A DNA stretch of 63,603 nucleotides, the filler included, from Babesia bigemina (taxonomy: Eukaryota): assembly GCF_000981445.1 (NCBI RefSeq). It is 10 parts of 10 records of this genome, joined end to end, with 100 filler letters (N's around TTAATTAATTAA, not from the genome) between each part and the next. Parts side by side here need not be neighbours in the genome. Positions count along the whole stretch, not along the records: positions 20,464 to 27,500 come from NW_012236958.1; positions 27,601 to 34,640 come from NW_012236959.1; 8 more parts are not named here. One strand, 5' to 3'. Numbering within the stretch: the stretch's first letter is position 1; the number at the start of each line of letters is the position of its first letter. The position numbers and the translations under genes were made by a program. Shown here one piece after another: positions 20,811 through 31,400 of the stretch. The notes under the pieces are model-generated. The model did no database searches. It was not told the origin of the DNA and worked only from the letters and a program-made list of their open reading frames with translations.

Positions 20811-23800
20811 CTTGCTGATACTGACCATTCTCTCAGTGACGATGCTACTAGAAGAGCCTTGAATGACATTGACTCCAAGCTCATTAGCCTTGGTCACCTT
20901 GCTGGACAGCTTGGCGGATTTGTTGGTCAAAGTGAGAGTGTTAAGAAAGCCGTTGTGAAGGCTATTAAAGCTGTTTTCGACACTAATCCAGACCTTAAAA
21001 ATGACCTAAAACATCTTTACTCTTCTCATGTTACTACCCTTTCTGAGTCTGTCAACTCTGCTGGCAAGGCTGATGGCACCGTTGAAATTGGTCAACTAAA
21101 GCAGAAAGTTGAAAATGAAATTAAGAATTTTACAGATCAATATAATAGCCTTAATGAACCTAATAACCTTCCTAATAACTCTCCTCCTTCCCCCTCGCCC
21201 TCTGCTGAGTCAGACAAATTGCAGTCCAAGTTGGAGGCTTTGAAGAAAGTGAAGGAGCTTTGTGGATTTTTGACTAATTCTAAAAATGCGTCAAATGACC
21301 CTAAAAACCTCTTAGATAATTTATGTGACGGCCTTCAGACTTTCCTCGGCTTCAACTCTGCTACGAAAGGCTACACTGGCGAGGGGATTGTGTACTCTGA
21401 CTTGGACAGGCTGTGTGACGGGGTGATGGGATTTTTGAGTGGTGTTCTTGAGGCGGTGAAAGATGAAAATGAAGTGACAACTTATGATAAATACATACAG
21501 CCAGAGAGTAAAAGGCTTCAAAATGTACTAGACACCTTAAATAAAAATATTGGCACCGGGCGTGATGGGCTTGCGGCGTCTGTCGGCGCGGTGAAGGGGT
21601 GGTTGGGGAAATATAATTCACAAGTTGAGACATTGACTAAGAATGTTACTTCAAAATTAGGTACGTTAAGTACTAAATTATCATCTGATACAGGTGAATA
21701 CTACAAGCAAGTTAACGACAAGAATGACCTGAGTGCGCAGTTGACGATGTGGACCGGGACGCTTGGACGTATCTCAAGTGATCTCCAAGACATACAAAAC
21801 AAACAGATTAATATATTAGATAAGAGACTAAAAGCAGATGTTTTGCATGAAATTAAGCCGATTAATAAATCGGTTGAGTTTTTGCTTGAGTCGGGTAACA
21901 ACAGTGAGTTCAAGGGAAAGGTGGAGCAGGCAGTTGCGAAATTCCGTGAGACCCGTAAAAGTGCTGATCAAGGAGTGGAAGAATGTGTTCAAAAGGTTAC
22001 TGCAGGTTTGAACAAAAAGATTATGGAACTTCTACAGCAGCATACTGAAACCATCAAAAGCACCGAGTTGTACGTCATTGGCAAAATAGACGATGTGCTA
22101 TCTAAAGCGGAGAAGCGAAGTATAACACACATGGAGGCACTCGATGCGGAGTATAAACATAAAATCAAGGAGGCGCACAGTGCCTTGGCAAATGCTCTGA
22201 AGACGCTTCAGAATGGCGCAACTAAAGCAAATGATTTGCATAATGCGATCGAAAAATTACAGGAGAAGTTTCATAAGTTGCAGGGTCACGAGTCAGGCAT
22301 CGGTACAGTTGTCGATACGGAGAGGGATATTAAAGGCATGTTATTTAAATTTGTGGAGGAGGGAGAAAAGTTAAAGAAAACTATTGAAGAGAATATCAGG
22401 CAACCGTTGCATAAATGGCATGATGCCAATAAAGATAAGATGCCTGGTGGGCTTCATCAACTAGGGACTGACGTTGACACTAATATCACCACTTTTAGTT
22501 CGAATTATCCAGCAGTGCATAGTGCCCTGAAACAAATTAAAATGATAGTTCAGCCTATAGAAAACGTGTTGGCCGTCCGCATGAAAAATGTGCTGCCACA
22601 ATCGGACCTTGAAGATTTGTTGGAGCAAGTAAGAATGGAATTGAAAGCATATGCCGGCGCACTTATTGTAGATATGGAGAGTCTCAGAGATAGTTTAGAT
22701 AAAGAATTGAAAGGCTATATTAACAAATTGATGGGCGGTGGCGCGTATGCTGATATAGTGGCGAGATTCGTAAAAACTGTTTTGGACAGCGTTATCGACA
22801 CAATGAGTACCAAGCAAGCAGACGAATCGCATATGGCAAAGCAATTAAAAACACAGCATTCGCAAATGACAATTCCACAAACTCAAATGAAGTTTGACGA
22901 GATTATGACACATTTCAGAGGCGTAGATGTACGAATTACGACTGCTATATCCAAACTGAGTGATAAAGTCAAATTACTTAATCATCATTCAAAATCTACG
23001 AACGAGAATGACCAACAGCTTTCACACCTCACAACAAACTTGCCAAAATCCATGGAACAGGTCAAGAACAAAATAACTGAGGTCATTCAATTGGTAAATA
23101 GCACCAACAGTGGTCTGGTAGGGGCAGTCGCCAGTGCTAAAAAGCTCATTGACGATTTCAACAATGATCGTAAGACCACTTTATCCAATAAATTCGAAGG
23201 TTTAAAATCGGAAATTAGAGCGTTAAGTATGGAATCCGTAAGAAGCGCACTTGACTCAGCCATTGCGGGTGTTAATAAGAAGCTTGAAGATCTGAAGAAG
23301 GTTCCTACTACTATAGAAGACGAAGGCAAATACAGTCTTGCTGTACGAAAAAGCAAATTAATTGAATATATCATTAATCTTAAATCTGACATCATAGGGA
23401 CGATAACAGTGAATATGTCTGAAATAAAGGAGACACTCAACCGTTCCCTCATTAAGTCCGAGAAAGACGCTATCAATCACATCAGACAGCTTGCGGAAAC
23501 GTATAAAAGGAAACTCGAGGATGGTATTAACGCGGTAGAACAACAGATTCAATTGATGTTTGCGGAACAACATAAAGCAGATCTGACGGCTCTACAAAAA
23601 CTGATCGAGCATCAAAAAGCTGAAATTCAAAACATCATCGACAAGGACAGAGCCAGCGGTATCAAGTGCCTGCTCTGGTACATGAATCAAAATCACAATA
23701 CACTTACGGAACTTACCGGCATACAAGAGTCAAAATGGGCAGCAGATAAAATTAGACATTACTTACATCCCCTCTTTACCTACATCATCTCCCAAACCAA

Positions 23801-26297
23801 CCCCTCCTCCCAACTGGTCACCGACCTCCAAGCCCGCACTTACGCCCTCCTCACCCACCTCCACGCGAACAATCGCACCTTCACCTTCGACTCCGGTTTC
23901 CGCTCCCGCCTCCACAACCTGACCACCTATCTCTCCACGTTCAACCCCGCTGCCTTTGCGAACCCGCACCACCCGCAACTCCTGGACGCGCTGAAGGCAG
24001 GGATGCAAGGGCTGGTAGCGGAGATGCAGAAGGCGTATGTTAATAGGTATGACGGACATCCTGAGATGAAGTGGACGACACCGAACAAGGAGAAAGTTGA
24101 CGAACCAACCGACGACGCTACGCGCTGCGCCAAGGTGTTTATGAGCTGCCTGCCGATGTGGGTGGAGGACCTCGGGGAGTTGAAGAGGAGGTGCCAGCAT
24201 AGTTGGAGCAAGAAGGCTATACATCATAAAGATGAAATTGACAAAGAAAACCCCCTTGGTGAGTTCCTCAAGCAGTGCGGTTACCGTGTTCCTAGCAGTC
24301 AGAAGTCGCATCAGGACGGGGAGCTGCAGTGCAGACATACGTTCACTGGCAAACATATCGATGGAATTCTCGGTAAGATCATACAAATGTCGAATCTAGA
24401 ACACGTTCCGCAGTGTAGATCACGGGAGAAAGAATGGAACTTTAATATCATGGATTTCATAGCATGCCTCTACAGTCACCTCGACGAGTATAACGAAGTA
24501 TGTCATCTATCAACGTTATTCTCCAAAAGGCATCCGTGCAGTATATACGAAATACTCTGCTGGTTCTCAGGGCTCCCTCATAGTACCGTATATTCAGCGT
24601 TACCTGGCGGCATCACCAAGCTGCTTGATAAGCCTGAGAATCAACCGATAGATAGCGGTGACTCGGGAATTGAAATTGAGTTCGATGATGAAAACGCGTA
24701 CTACCTGGATGCGCATCCACATAAGTTCACATATAAAGATATCTATGCTGTGATTGAACTAATTTGCTCCAAATCATACGACGTGTTGGCTAGAATCGCC
24801 GGCACAGGTGATGAGCACACCAGGTACGCCTGCGAATACGCAAACAATTCCCTCAAGCTGCATTACCCTAAGACGGCGGACGACTGCTTGCCAATGTTAC
24901 TTGACATGTTACGTAGATTGCTCTCCGTGTTCCGATTCCTCGAATCCAAGTGTAGTTATTCGGCCGTGGAGTTCGGTTGGGCGGACTGCCAGTACGGTAA
25001 AAATGTGCCTACGACCAAATCGCATTGTAACGACAGATCAACGGAGGAAGTAACGTGCCAGGCAAAGTGTAAACCAAAGTGCCAACCAAACAGTCAACCA
25101 AACAGTCAACCAAATTGCCAGCCAACCTCTCCGTTGATGAGTTACTTAAATGACTGTTTGCCGGGTCACTTGCCTCATCAACTCACGAATGTCGGTTGTA
25201 AATCTGAATGTAAAACGTGCCCCGGTAATAAGCCTGGAATGCCCTGCTTAACCCCCCTTGGATTCAGAGGCTTCTCAGGGTCAATTAAAACGGGTGAACA
25301 ATTATGCAGCATTATTAAAGAGATATTAGGCAACGGTATGATTGCGTGTCTATTCACCCTCGCACCCAGGCCTCCAACTAACTTGCCGGAGCACTTCCAG
25401 TTTGCAGTGTCACTTGCCAAGGGACTTAGTGCTTCAAAGCAGAGTAAGGTTGACGGCATTAAAACATTGGCAGACACCATCGCAGATTCAATTACCGATC
25501 GCTCCATCAATCTGTATGAAAATACGGATGAACTTATCGATCCGATTTGCAAAGCTTATGGTAATAAAGGTATAGAGCATCGCAACCAGAAGCGTGATGC
25601 AAAACATAACGTGTCGTGCATTTCACTGACCACTTCCTGCATCAATCAGGAGCATTGCGTCCCTTACCTATCTCCCCTGAGCTGTGACACTTATAATTAC
25701 CTTGTCAACAAGCAATCGAACTCCTACCTATCATGGGCAGTTTACTTGCCGTGGACATTCCATAAATATCTTGCAAGTCTCCTCGACGCGTTTAAGGCTA
25801 TAAGATGTGAAGACTGGGGATGCAGGAACTGCTTGCATACCGATATATGCAAGGGAGAGAGTCATGGTATGCTTAATCCAAAAGGACCTGAAGGAGGATG
25901 CCAATGCGCTTCTGTTGTACATTGCAACGGCGTATCGCCAACGTTATACCAATATGGTTTCACATTCAGGGATGCGCAAAATTTGATATCGTTGAACAGA
26001 AACTGCTTCAATATGCGAAGTCACCTGTACAATGTTGTTAACTCTGACTATTTCACTGACCTATTTAAACAATGCGACATGTTACTGTGGAGAATCAGAG
26101 AACCCTTCTCCTACCTTGTCTTGGCCCTCTGGCTCCTCTCTTTGTTGTACCTCCTCCACATCATGGTCATCCGCCTCGACGTGCTCCACATCAAATCGCA
26201 TTTGCATAGTCCATCATCGCATCGCATCGCTGCTCAATCACTACTCGCCGCTGCACGTGTTAACAAACTGGGCAGGGTGTTTTATCTGCAACCATAA
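20811..26297 (+). CDS. ves1: ves1-like antigen, copy 4 (A-type tail); no ATG for the first ~205 codons, leader ATG out of frame
   Basis: Frame open from 20811 (LADTDHSLSDDATRRALNDIDSKLISLGHLAGQLGGFVG); first ATG 21426; leader ATG 20785 stops after 25 codons. Confidence 0.78.
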   Translation, partial: LADTDHSLSDDATRRALNDIDSKLISLGHLAGQLGGFVGQSESVKKAVVKAIKAVFDTNPDLKNDLKHLYSSHVTTLSESVNSAGKADGTVEIGQLKQKVENEIKNFTDQYNSLNEPNNLPNNSPPSPSPSAESDKLQSKLEALKKVKELCGFLTNSKNASNDPKNLLDNLCDGLQTFLGFNSATKGYTGEGIVYSDLDRLCDGVMGFLSGVLEAVKDENEVTTYDKYIQPESKRLQNVLDTLNKNIGTGRDGLAASVGAVKGWLGKYNSQVETLTKNVTSKLGTLSTKLSSDTGEYYKQVNDKNDLSAQLTMWTGTLGRISSDLQDIQNKQINILDKRLKADVLHEIKPINKSVEFLLESGNNSEFKGKVEQAVAKFRETRKSADQGVEECVQKVTAGLNKKIMELLQQHTETIKSTELYVIGKIDDVLSKAEKRSITHMEALDAEYKHKIKEAHSALANALKTLQNGATKANDLHNAIEKLQEKFHKLQGHESGIGTVVDTERDIKGMLFKFVEEGEKLKKTIEENIRQPLHKWHDANKDKMPGGLHQLGTDVDTNITTFSSNYPAVHSALKQIKMIVQPIENVLAVRMKNVLPQSDLEDLLEQVRMELKAYAGALIVDMESLRDSLDKELKGYINKLMGGGAYADIVARFVKTVLDSVIDTMSTKQADESHMAKQLKTQHSQMTIPQTQMKFDEIMTHFRGVDVRITTAISKLSDKVKLLNHHSKSTNENDQQLSHLTTNLPKSMEQVKNKITEVIQLVNSTNSGLVGAVASAKKLIDDFNNDRKTTLSNKFEGLKSEIRALSMESVRSALDSAIAGVNKKLEDLKKVPTTIEDEGKYSLAVRKSKLIEYIINLKSDIIGTITVNMSEIKETLNRSLIKSEKDAINHIRQLAETYKRKLEDGINAVEQQIQLMFAEQHKADLTALQKLIEHQKAEIQNIIDKDRASGIKCLLWYMNQNHNTLTELTGIQESKWAADKIRHYLHPLFTYIISQTNPSSQLVTDLQARTYALLTHLHANNRTFTFDSGFRSRLHNLTTYLSTFNPAAFANPHHPQLLDALKAGMQGLVAEMQKAYVNRYDGHPEMKWTTPNKEKVDEPTDDATRCAKVFMSCLPMWVEDLGELKRRCQHSWSKKAIHHKDEIDKENPLGEFLKQCGYRVPSSQKSHQDGELQCRHTFTGKHIDGILGKIIQMSNLEHVPQCRSREKEWNFNIMDFIACLYSHLDEYNEVCHLSTLFSKRHPCSIYEILCWFSGLPHSTVYSALPGGITKLLDKPENQPIDSGDSGIEIEFDDENAYYLDAHPHKFTYKDIYAVIELICSKSYDVLARIAGTGDEHTRYACEYANNSLKLHYPKTADDCLPMLLDMLRRLLSVFRFLESKCSYSAVEFGWADCQYGKNVPTTKSHCNDRSTEEVTCQAKCKPKCQPNSQPNSQPNCQPTSPLMSYLNDCLPGHLPHQLTNVGCKSECKTCPGNKPGMPCLTPLGFRGFSGSIKTGEQLCSIIKEILGNGMIACLFTLAPRPPTNLPEHFQFAVSLAKGLSASKQSKVDGIKTLADTIADSITDRSINLYENTDELIDPICKAYGNKGIEHRNQKRDAKHNVSCISLTTSCINQEHCVPYLSPLSCDTYNYLVNKQSNSYLSWAVYLPWTFHKYLASLLDAFKAIRCEDWGCRNCLHTDICKGESHGMLNPKGPEGGCQCASVVHCNGVSPTLYQYGFTFRDAQNLISLNRNCFNMRSHLYNVVNSDYFTDLFKQCDMLLWRIREPFSYLVLALWLLSLLYLLHIMVIRLDVLHIKSHLHSPSSHRIAAQSLLAAARVNKLGRVFYLQP

Positions 26298-26412
26298 TCG
26301 TACTCACGTGTTCACTATCTACACTCACCTAACATATCACCTACTCACCTAACCTATGAATTGTGCTTTAATGTGTTGTATCACTCATTAACCGTTGTAT
26401 GTGATTGTGTAA

Positions 26413-26830
26413 TGGTGACCAATGTGCTGACCAACGTGGTGACCAAGGTGCTGACCAATGTGCTGACCAAAGTGGTGACCAGAGTGGTGACCAATGCCAT
26501 AACCAGAGTGCTGACCAATGTGCTGACCAAGGTGGTGACCAATGCCATGACCTAAGTGCTGACCTATGTGCTGACCAAAGCCATGACCAAAGTGCTGACC
26601 AATGCCATGACCAAAGTGCTGACCAAAGTGCTGACCAATGCCATGACCAAAGTGTTGACCAATGTGCTGCCCAAAGTGTTGCCCAAAGTGCTGACCAATG
26701 CCATGACCAAGGTGCTGACCAAGATGCTGACCAAGGTGCTGACCAAGGTGCTGACCAATGTGCTGACCAAGATGCTGACCAAGATGCTGACCAATGCTCT
26801 GACATGAGTGGTAACCAATGTGCTGACCAA
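26413..26830. repeat. R12 minisatellite (GTGCTGACCAAT variants)
   Basis: 12-nt period. Confidence 0.96.
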
Positions 26831-26835
26831 GTTGA

Positions 26836-27105
26836 TGGTCACGGCAGCGATGACATGGTCACGGCAGCGATGACATGGTTACGGCAGCGATGACATGGTC
26901 ACGGCAGCGATGATTAGGTCACGGCAGCGATGACATGGTCACGGCAGCGATGAAATGGTCACGGCAGCGGTGACATGGACACAGTAGCGATGACATGGTT
27001 ACTGCAGCGATGACAGTTGATGGTCACGGCAGCGATGACATGGTTACGGCAGCGATTACAGCAGACACGGCAGCGATGACATGTACACGGCGGCGATGAC
27101 ATGGT
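26836..27105. repeat. R20 minisatellite
   Basis: 20-nt units. Confidence 0.95.
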
Positions 27106-27123
27106 GACCTAAGTGGTGATTAT

Positions 27124-27500
27124 CATCCACTCCACATCACCTCTTTACCCACTCTACATCGCCCCTTTACCTTCCTACATCGCCCCTTAACCCACTCTAC
27201 ATCGCCCCTTTACCCACTCTACATCGCTCCTTAACCCACTCTACATCGCCCCTTTGTCCACTCTACATCGCCCCTTTACCCACTCCACATCGCCCCTTTA
27301 TCCACTCTACATCGCCCCTTAATCCACTCTACATCGCCCCTTATCCACTCTACATCGCCCCTTAATCCACTCTACATCGCTCCCTAACCCACCTTACATC
27401 GCTCCCTAACCCACCTTACATCGCTCCCTAACCCACTCCACATCGCTCCCTAACCCACTCCACATCGCTCCCTAACCCACCTTACATCGCCCCTTTACCC
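27124..27500. repeat. R22 minisatellite
   Basis: 22-nt units after the junction motif. Confidence 0.96.
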
Positions 27501-27600
27501 NNNNNNNNNNNNNNNNNNNNNNNNNNNNNNNNNNNNNNNNNNNNTTAATTAATTAANNNNNNNNNNNNNNNNNNNNNNNNNNNNNNNNNNNNNNNNNNNN

Positions 27601-28380
27601 CTCTACATCGCTCCCTAACCCGCTCTACATGGCTCCCTAACCCACTCTAGATCGCTCCTTCATCCACTCTACATCGCTCCCTAACCCACTCTTCATCGCT
27701 CCTTTATCCACTCTACATCGCTCCCTAATCCACTCTACATCGCCCCTTTATCCACTCTACATCGCTCCCTAACCCACTCTACATCGCCCCTTAATCCACT
27801 CTACATCGCTCCCTAACCCACTCTACATCGCTCCCTAATCCACTCTACATCGCCCCTTAACCCACTCTACATCGCCCCTTTATCCACTCTACATCGCTCC
27901 CTTATCCACTCTACATCGCTCCCTAACCCACTCTACATCGCTCCCTAATCCACTCTACATCGCCCCTTAACCCACTCTACATCGCCCCTTTATCCACTCT
28001 ACATCGCTCCCTAATCCACTCTACATCGCCCCTTTACCCACTCTACATCGCTCCTTTACCCACTCTACATCGCCCCTTTATCCACTCTACATCGCTCCTT
28101 TGTCCACTCTACATCGCTCCTTTATCCACTCCACATCGCTCCTTTATCCACTCTACATCGCCGCTTAACCCACTCTACATCGCTCCCTAACCCACTCTAC
28201 ATCGTTCCCTTATCCACCCTACATCGCCCCTTTACCCACTCTACATCGCCCCTTTATCCACTCTACATCGCCCCTTAACCCACTCTACATCGCCCCTTTA
28301 CCCACTCTACATCGCTCCCTTATCCACTCTAAATCGCTCCTTTACCCACTCTACATCGCTCCCTTACCCACTCTACATCC
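27601..28380. repeat. R22 minisatellite upstream of ves copy 5
   Basis: About 35 units. Confidence 0.97.
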
Positions 28381-28441
28381 CTCGAATTACCTTGCCATAA
28401 TACCGCTATGACCTTCTTACACCATTATAATAACTTGTGCC

Positions 28442-31400
28442 TTGTCACCCTTCACTTCCCTTCTGACTGAGTCCATCGACTGGTTGATCCAGGTTAGGTA
28501 TGGGAATGGTGGTAGTGGTGATGGTCTTACCAAGTTGTCTCAAGCTTTGAAAAAGTTGATTGAGGAGGCTATAGGTAAAGCTTATGACTCTCTAAACAAG
28601 CAATACCCTCTCGCTAATGCTTCTTCTAATGTCGCCTCGTCTGGCGCCTCGGCTCCTTTGCCTGCTAAGCCTACTGTGTCTGCCAACTCGTCCCTTAGTG
28701 AGAAAATTAAAAATGAAATTGAACGTGTTAACAACATTAAAAAGTCTCTTGAAACTAAGCAAACTAGCCAAAATAATCCTCTAACTGAAGAAGATTCCAA
28801 GCGTTTATCTGACTGTCAGTCCAAGTTGTCTGCTTTGCAGACTGTGCATAAGCTTGCTGAATTTGCTGAATCACTTAATAAAACTAGTGAAAATAATAAT
28901 ATTTTAACACATTTGTGTGATGGCCTCGAAACCTTCCTCGGCTTTAACCCTGAGACAAAAGGCTACGACGGCAGTGGGACTGTCTACTCCGACTTGGACA
29001 GGCTGTGTGACGGGGTGATGGGATTTTTGAGTGGTGTGCTTGGTGCGGTGAAGGATGAAAATGAAGTGACAACTTATGATAATTACATCACTCCAGATGA
29101 TAATAAGCTTCAAAAAGTACTAGAAGAGGTAAATAATAATATTGGCTCCGGGCGTACTGGGCTTGCGGCGTCTGTCGGCGCGGTGAAGGGGTGGTTGGAG
29201 GGGTATGGAGATAAGGTAAATGAACAAATTACAAAATTCAATGAACCTCTAGAAATAATCAAATTCGATATCAATAAACTCGAAAAAAATTTCGAAAACC
29301 AAAAAACAAAATCCCTCCAGGACCAACAAAAAGATTGGACAAACTGTGTTAGGCTGTACCACGAACAAACGAAGCTGGCCGATAAGGCGAGAAAAACATT
29401 AGACAAAGAGCTTAGTAAGAAGTTAGAAACGCCGGTGAAAGTAGTAGAAGAGGAGACGAAAATGTTGTATGGGTCGGCGAAAAACAATGACGTCATGAAG
29501 CAGGCCATGGCAGTGGACTGGGAGCTGTTGAATCAGAAAGAGAAGTTGGATGAGGCGATAGGAAGAGAAGCTGAAAAAATAAAGGAGACGCTGAGAAAAC
29601 AAAAAGAGAGCATTGAGAACGAAATAGTTATGCAAAGTCAAAAACTAAAGAACGCATTTCATATGCAGTTTCGAAAGATCTTTCACGCAGTTAGTGAGAT
29701 GAAACGTGAGAAATCCAAGCAATTTAGGAACATCGATGAGCGTGTGAAAAATGCGCAGAAATTAGTTGAAGAGTTTCAGATGAAATACAAAGAGCACATT
29801 ACATTTTATTTTGATAATATTAAGAGTAAACTTAATGAGGTCTATGGTACCTTGTGCGCTCACAAACTTTTGCTCGTTGATTTGGTTACACAGGCTAAGG
29901 CATCGTTTGACAAAATCAAAAATGGTGTATGTAATAAAGAGCATGGCGGTGGGGAGTCAAGTATCGAAACGCATTGGCCGCAACTGAAAACGGAAATGAG
30001 GAAATTCGTGAGAGAACTCATACTCATTGAAAAACATGAGGAGGAAGAGGATGAGAAATTGCTTCCAAACGACGGATCGCTTCATGTGATAGAGAGCGGT
30101 ACCATCAATTATGCTACAAAATTTGAGGAGAAGTTTAAGGCGGCTATGAAGAATATGGTGGATGGAATGTTAAAAGGGGGAGAAGCGGAAGGAAAAATTA
30201 GAGGCTACGCAATTGTTTCTGGAGTTCCGGGGAGCGGAGATAAAATAAGTGCTGTGAAAAAAGCTATAATAAATCAGATTTTAAAACTCGACGATAGTGT
30301 AGATAAGCCTGGGCGTGTTCCCGCTACCGCCGAAAAAACTTTGCAGAGTATCGCTAAGTATCTCGAGGAATACGCCGCACAAGTAGGAATGAAGATGACT
30401 AACATCGTTAGATTTATAGATCTCGTTGAAAAGGACCATGCGATGGCAAAACTCACACCAAAAGTCACGTTTAGATCCAGCGATACAAACCTTCATACCG
30501 CTTTCCAAAACATCCTCAGTATGGTGAAGAAAGCAATGGAAGACACTAAGGACGAAGTTACAAGATTCATCGAAGGGTCAAGTATTGGAAAGTTAAATCA
30601 AGCTATCACAAGTGTTGAAAAGTTTCGCAGTTACATGATAAGCACATTAAGGGATATCGATTTCGCGTTGAGCGGCGTAACCGGAGCCATCGGCGAGCTC
30701 AGTCCAATCTTGGAGAAGACAAAGCAAAAAGGATTAATTGAAACAAAAATCGATGACATTCAAACACACGTTGTTGAAAAGCTTAATGAATTTCAAAAAG
30801 ACAAAGACGATAAAGGTGACGGAGAGATTAATAAAATTAAAAATCAGGCTGAGATCCTTATGGAAAAGTTAAAGGGGGAAATAAAGCAGAAACTCGAGTC
30901 AATTGAACATGCCGCTAAAAACGCAGGTGGCGTCTTAAATGATACCACTGCAGCACTCGACGCCGCATATGATAAGGCCTATAAAGCAGCAGGCGAAGCC
31001 GTCGACGCCTTAAAAAGCAACCTCACCGAAGCCGTACAAAACTCCTTCGCTGAGTCCCAACAAAAGGTTCAAGACGTCAAAAAAGTTTTGCTCACAGATG
31101 TCAGAAAGGCTTTTGAATCCGTCACAGAGCAAGTGCGCACCCTTTTCGCCGACTCTCACAAAGCCGACTTAAAGGCTCTGATGGACTTGCTGGATAGACA
31201 AAAATCCGCTATCGAAGACATCATCAACCTCGACAGAATTACAGGTCTCAAAGGCCTCCTAAACAAAATGAAAGACCATTTCGTCAAGAGAATCAACGAC
31301 CACATGTCACCTCCCCCCGCCCAGCAGGTAGTTCCCGCCAAGTCACCGGAAAAAACAATGGCCCAAGTGGCGGAAGTTGTAGACAGGGCTTTCGGATTCC

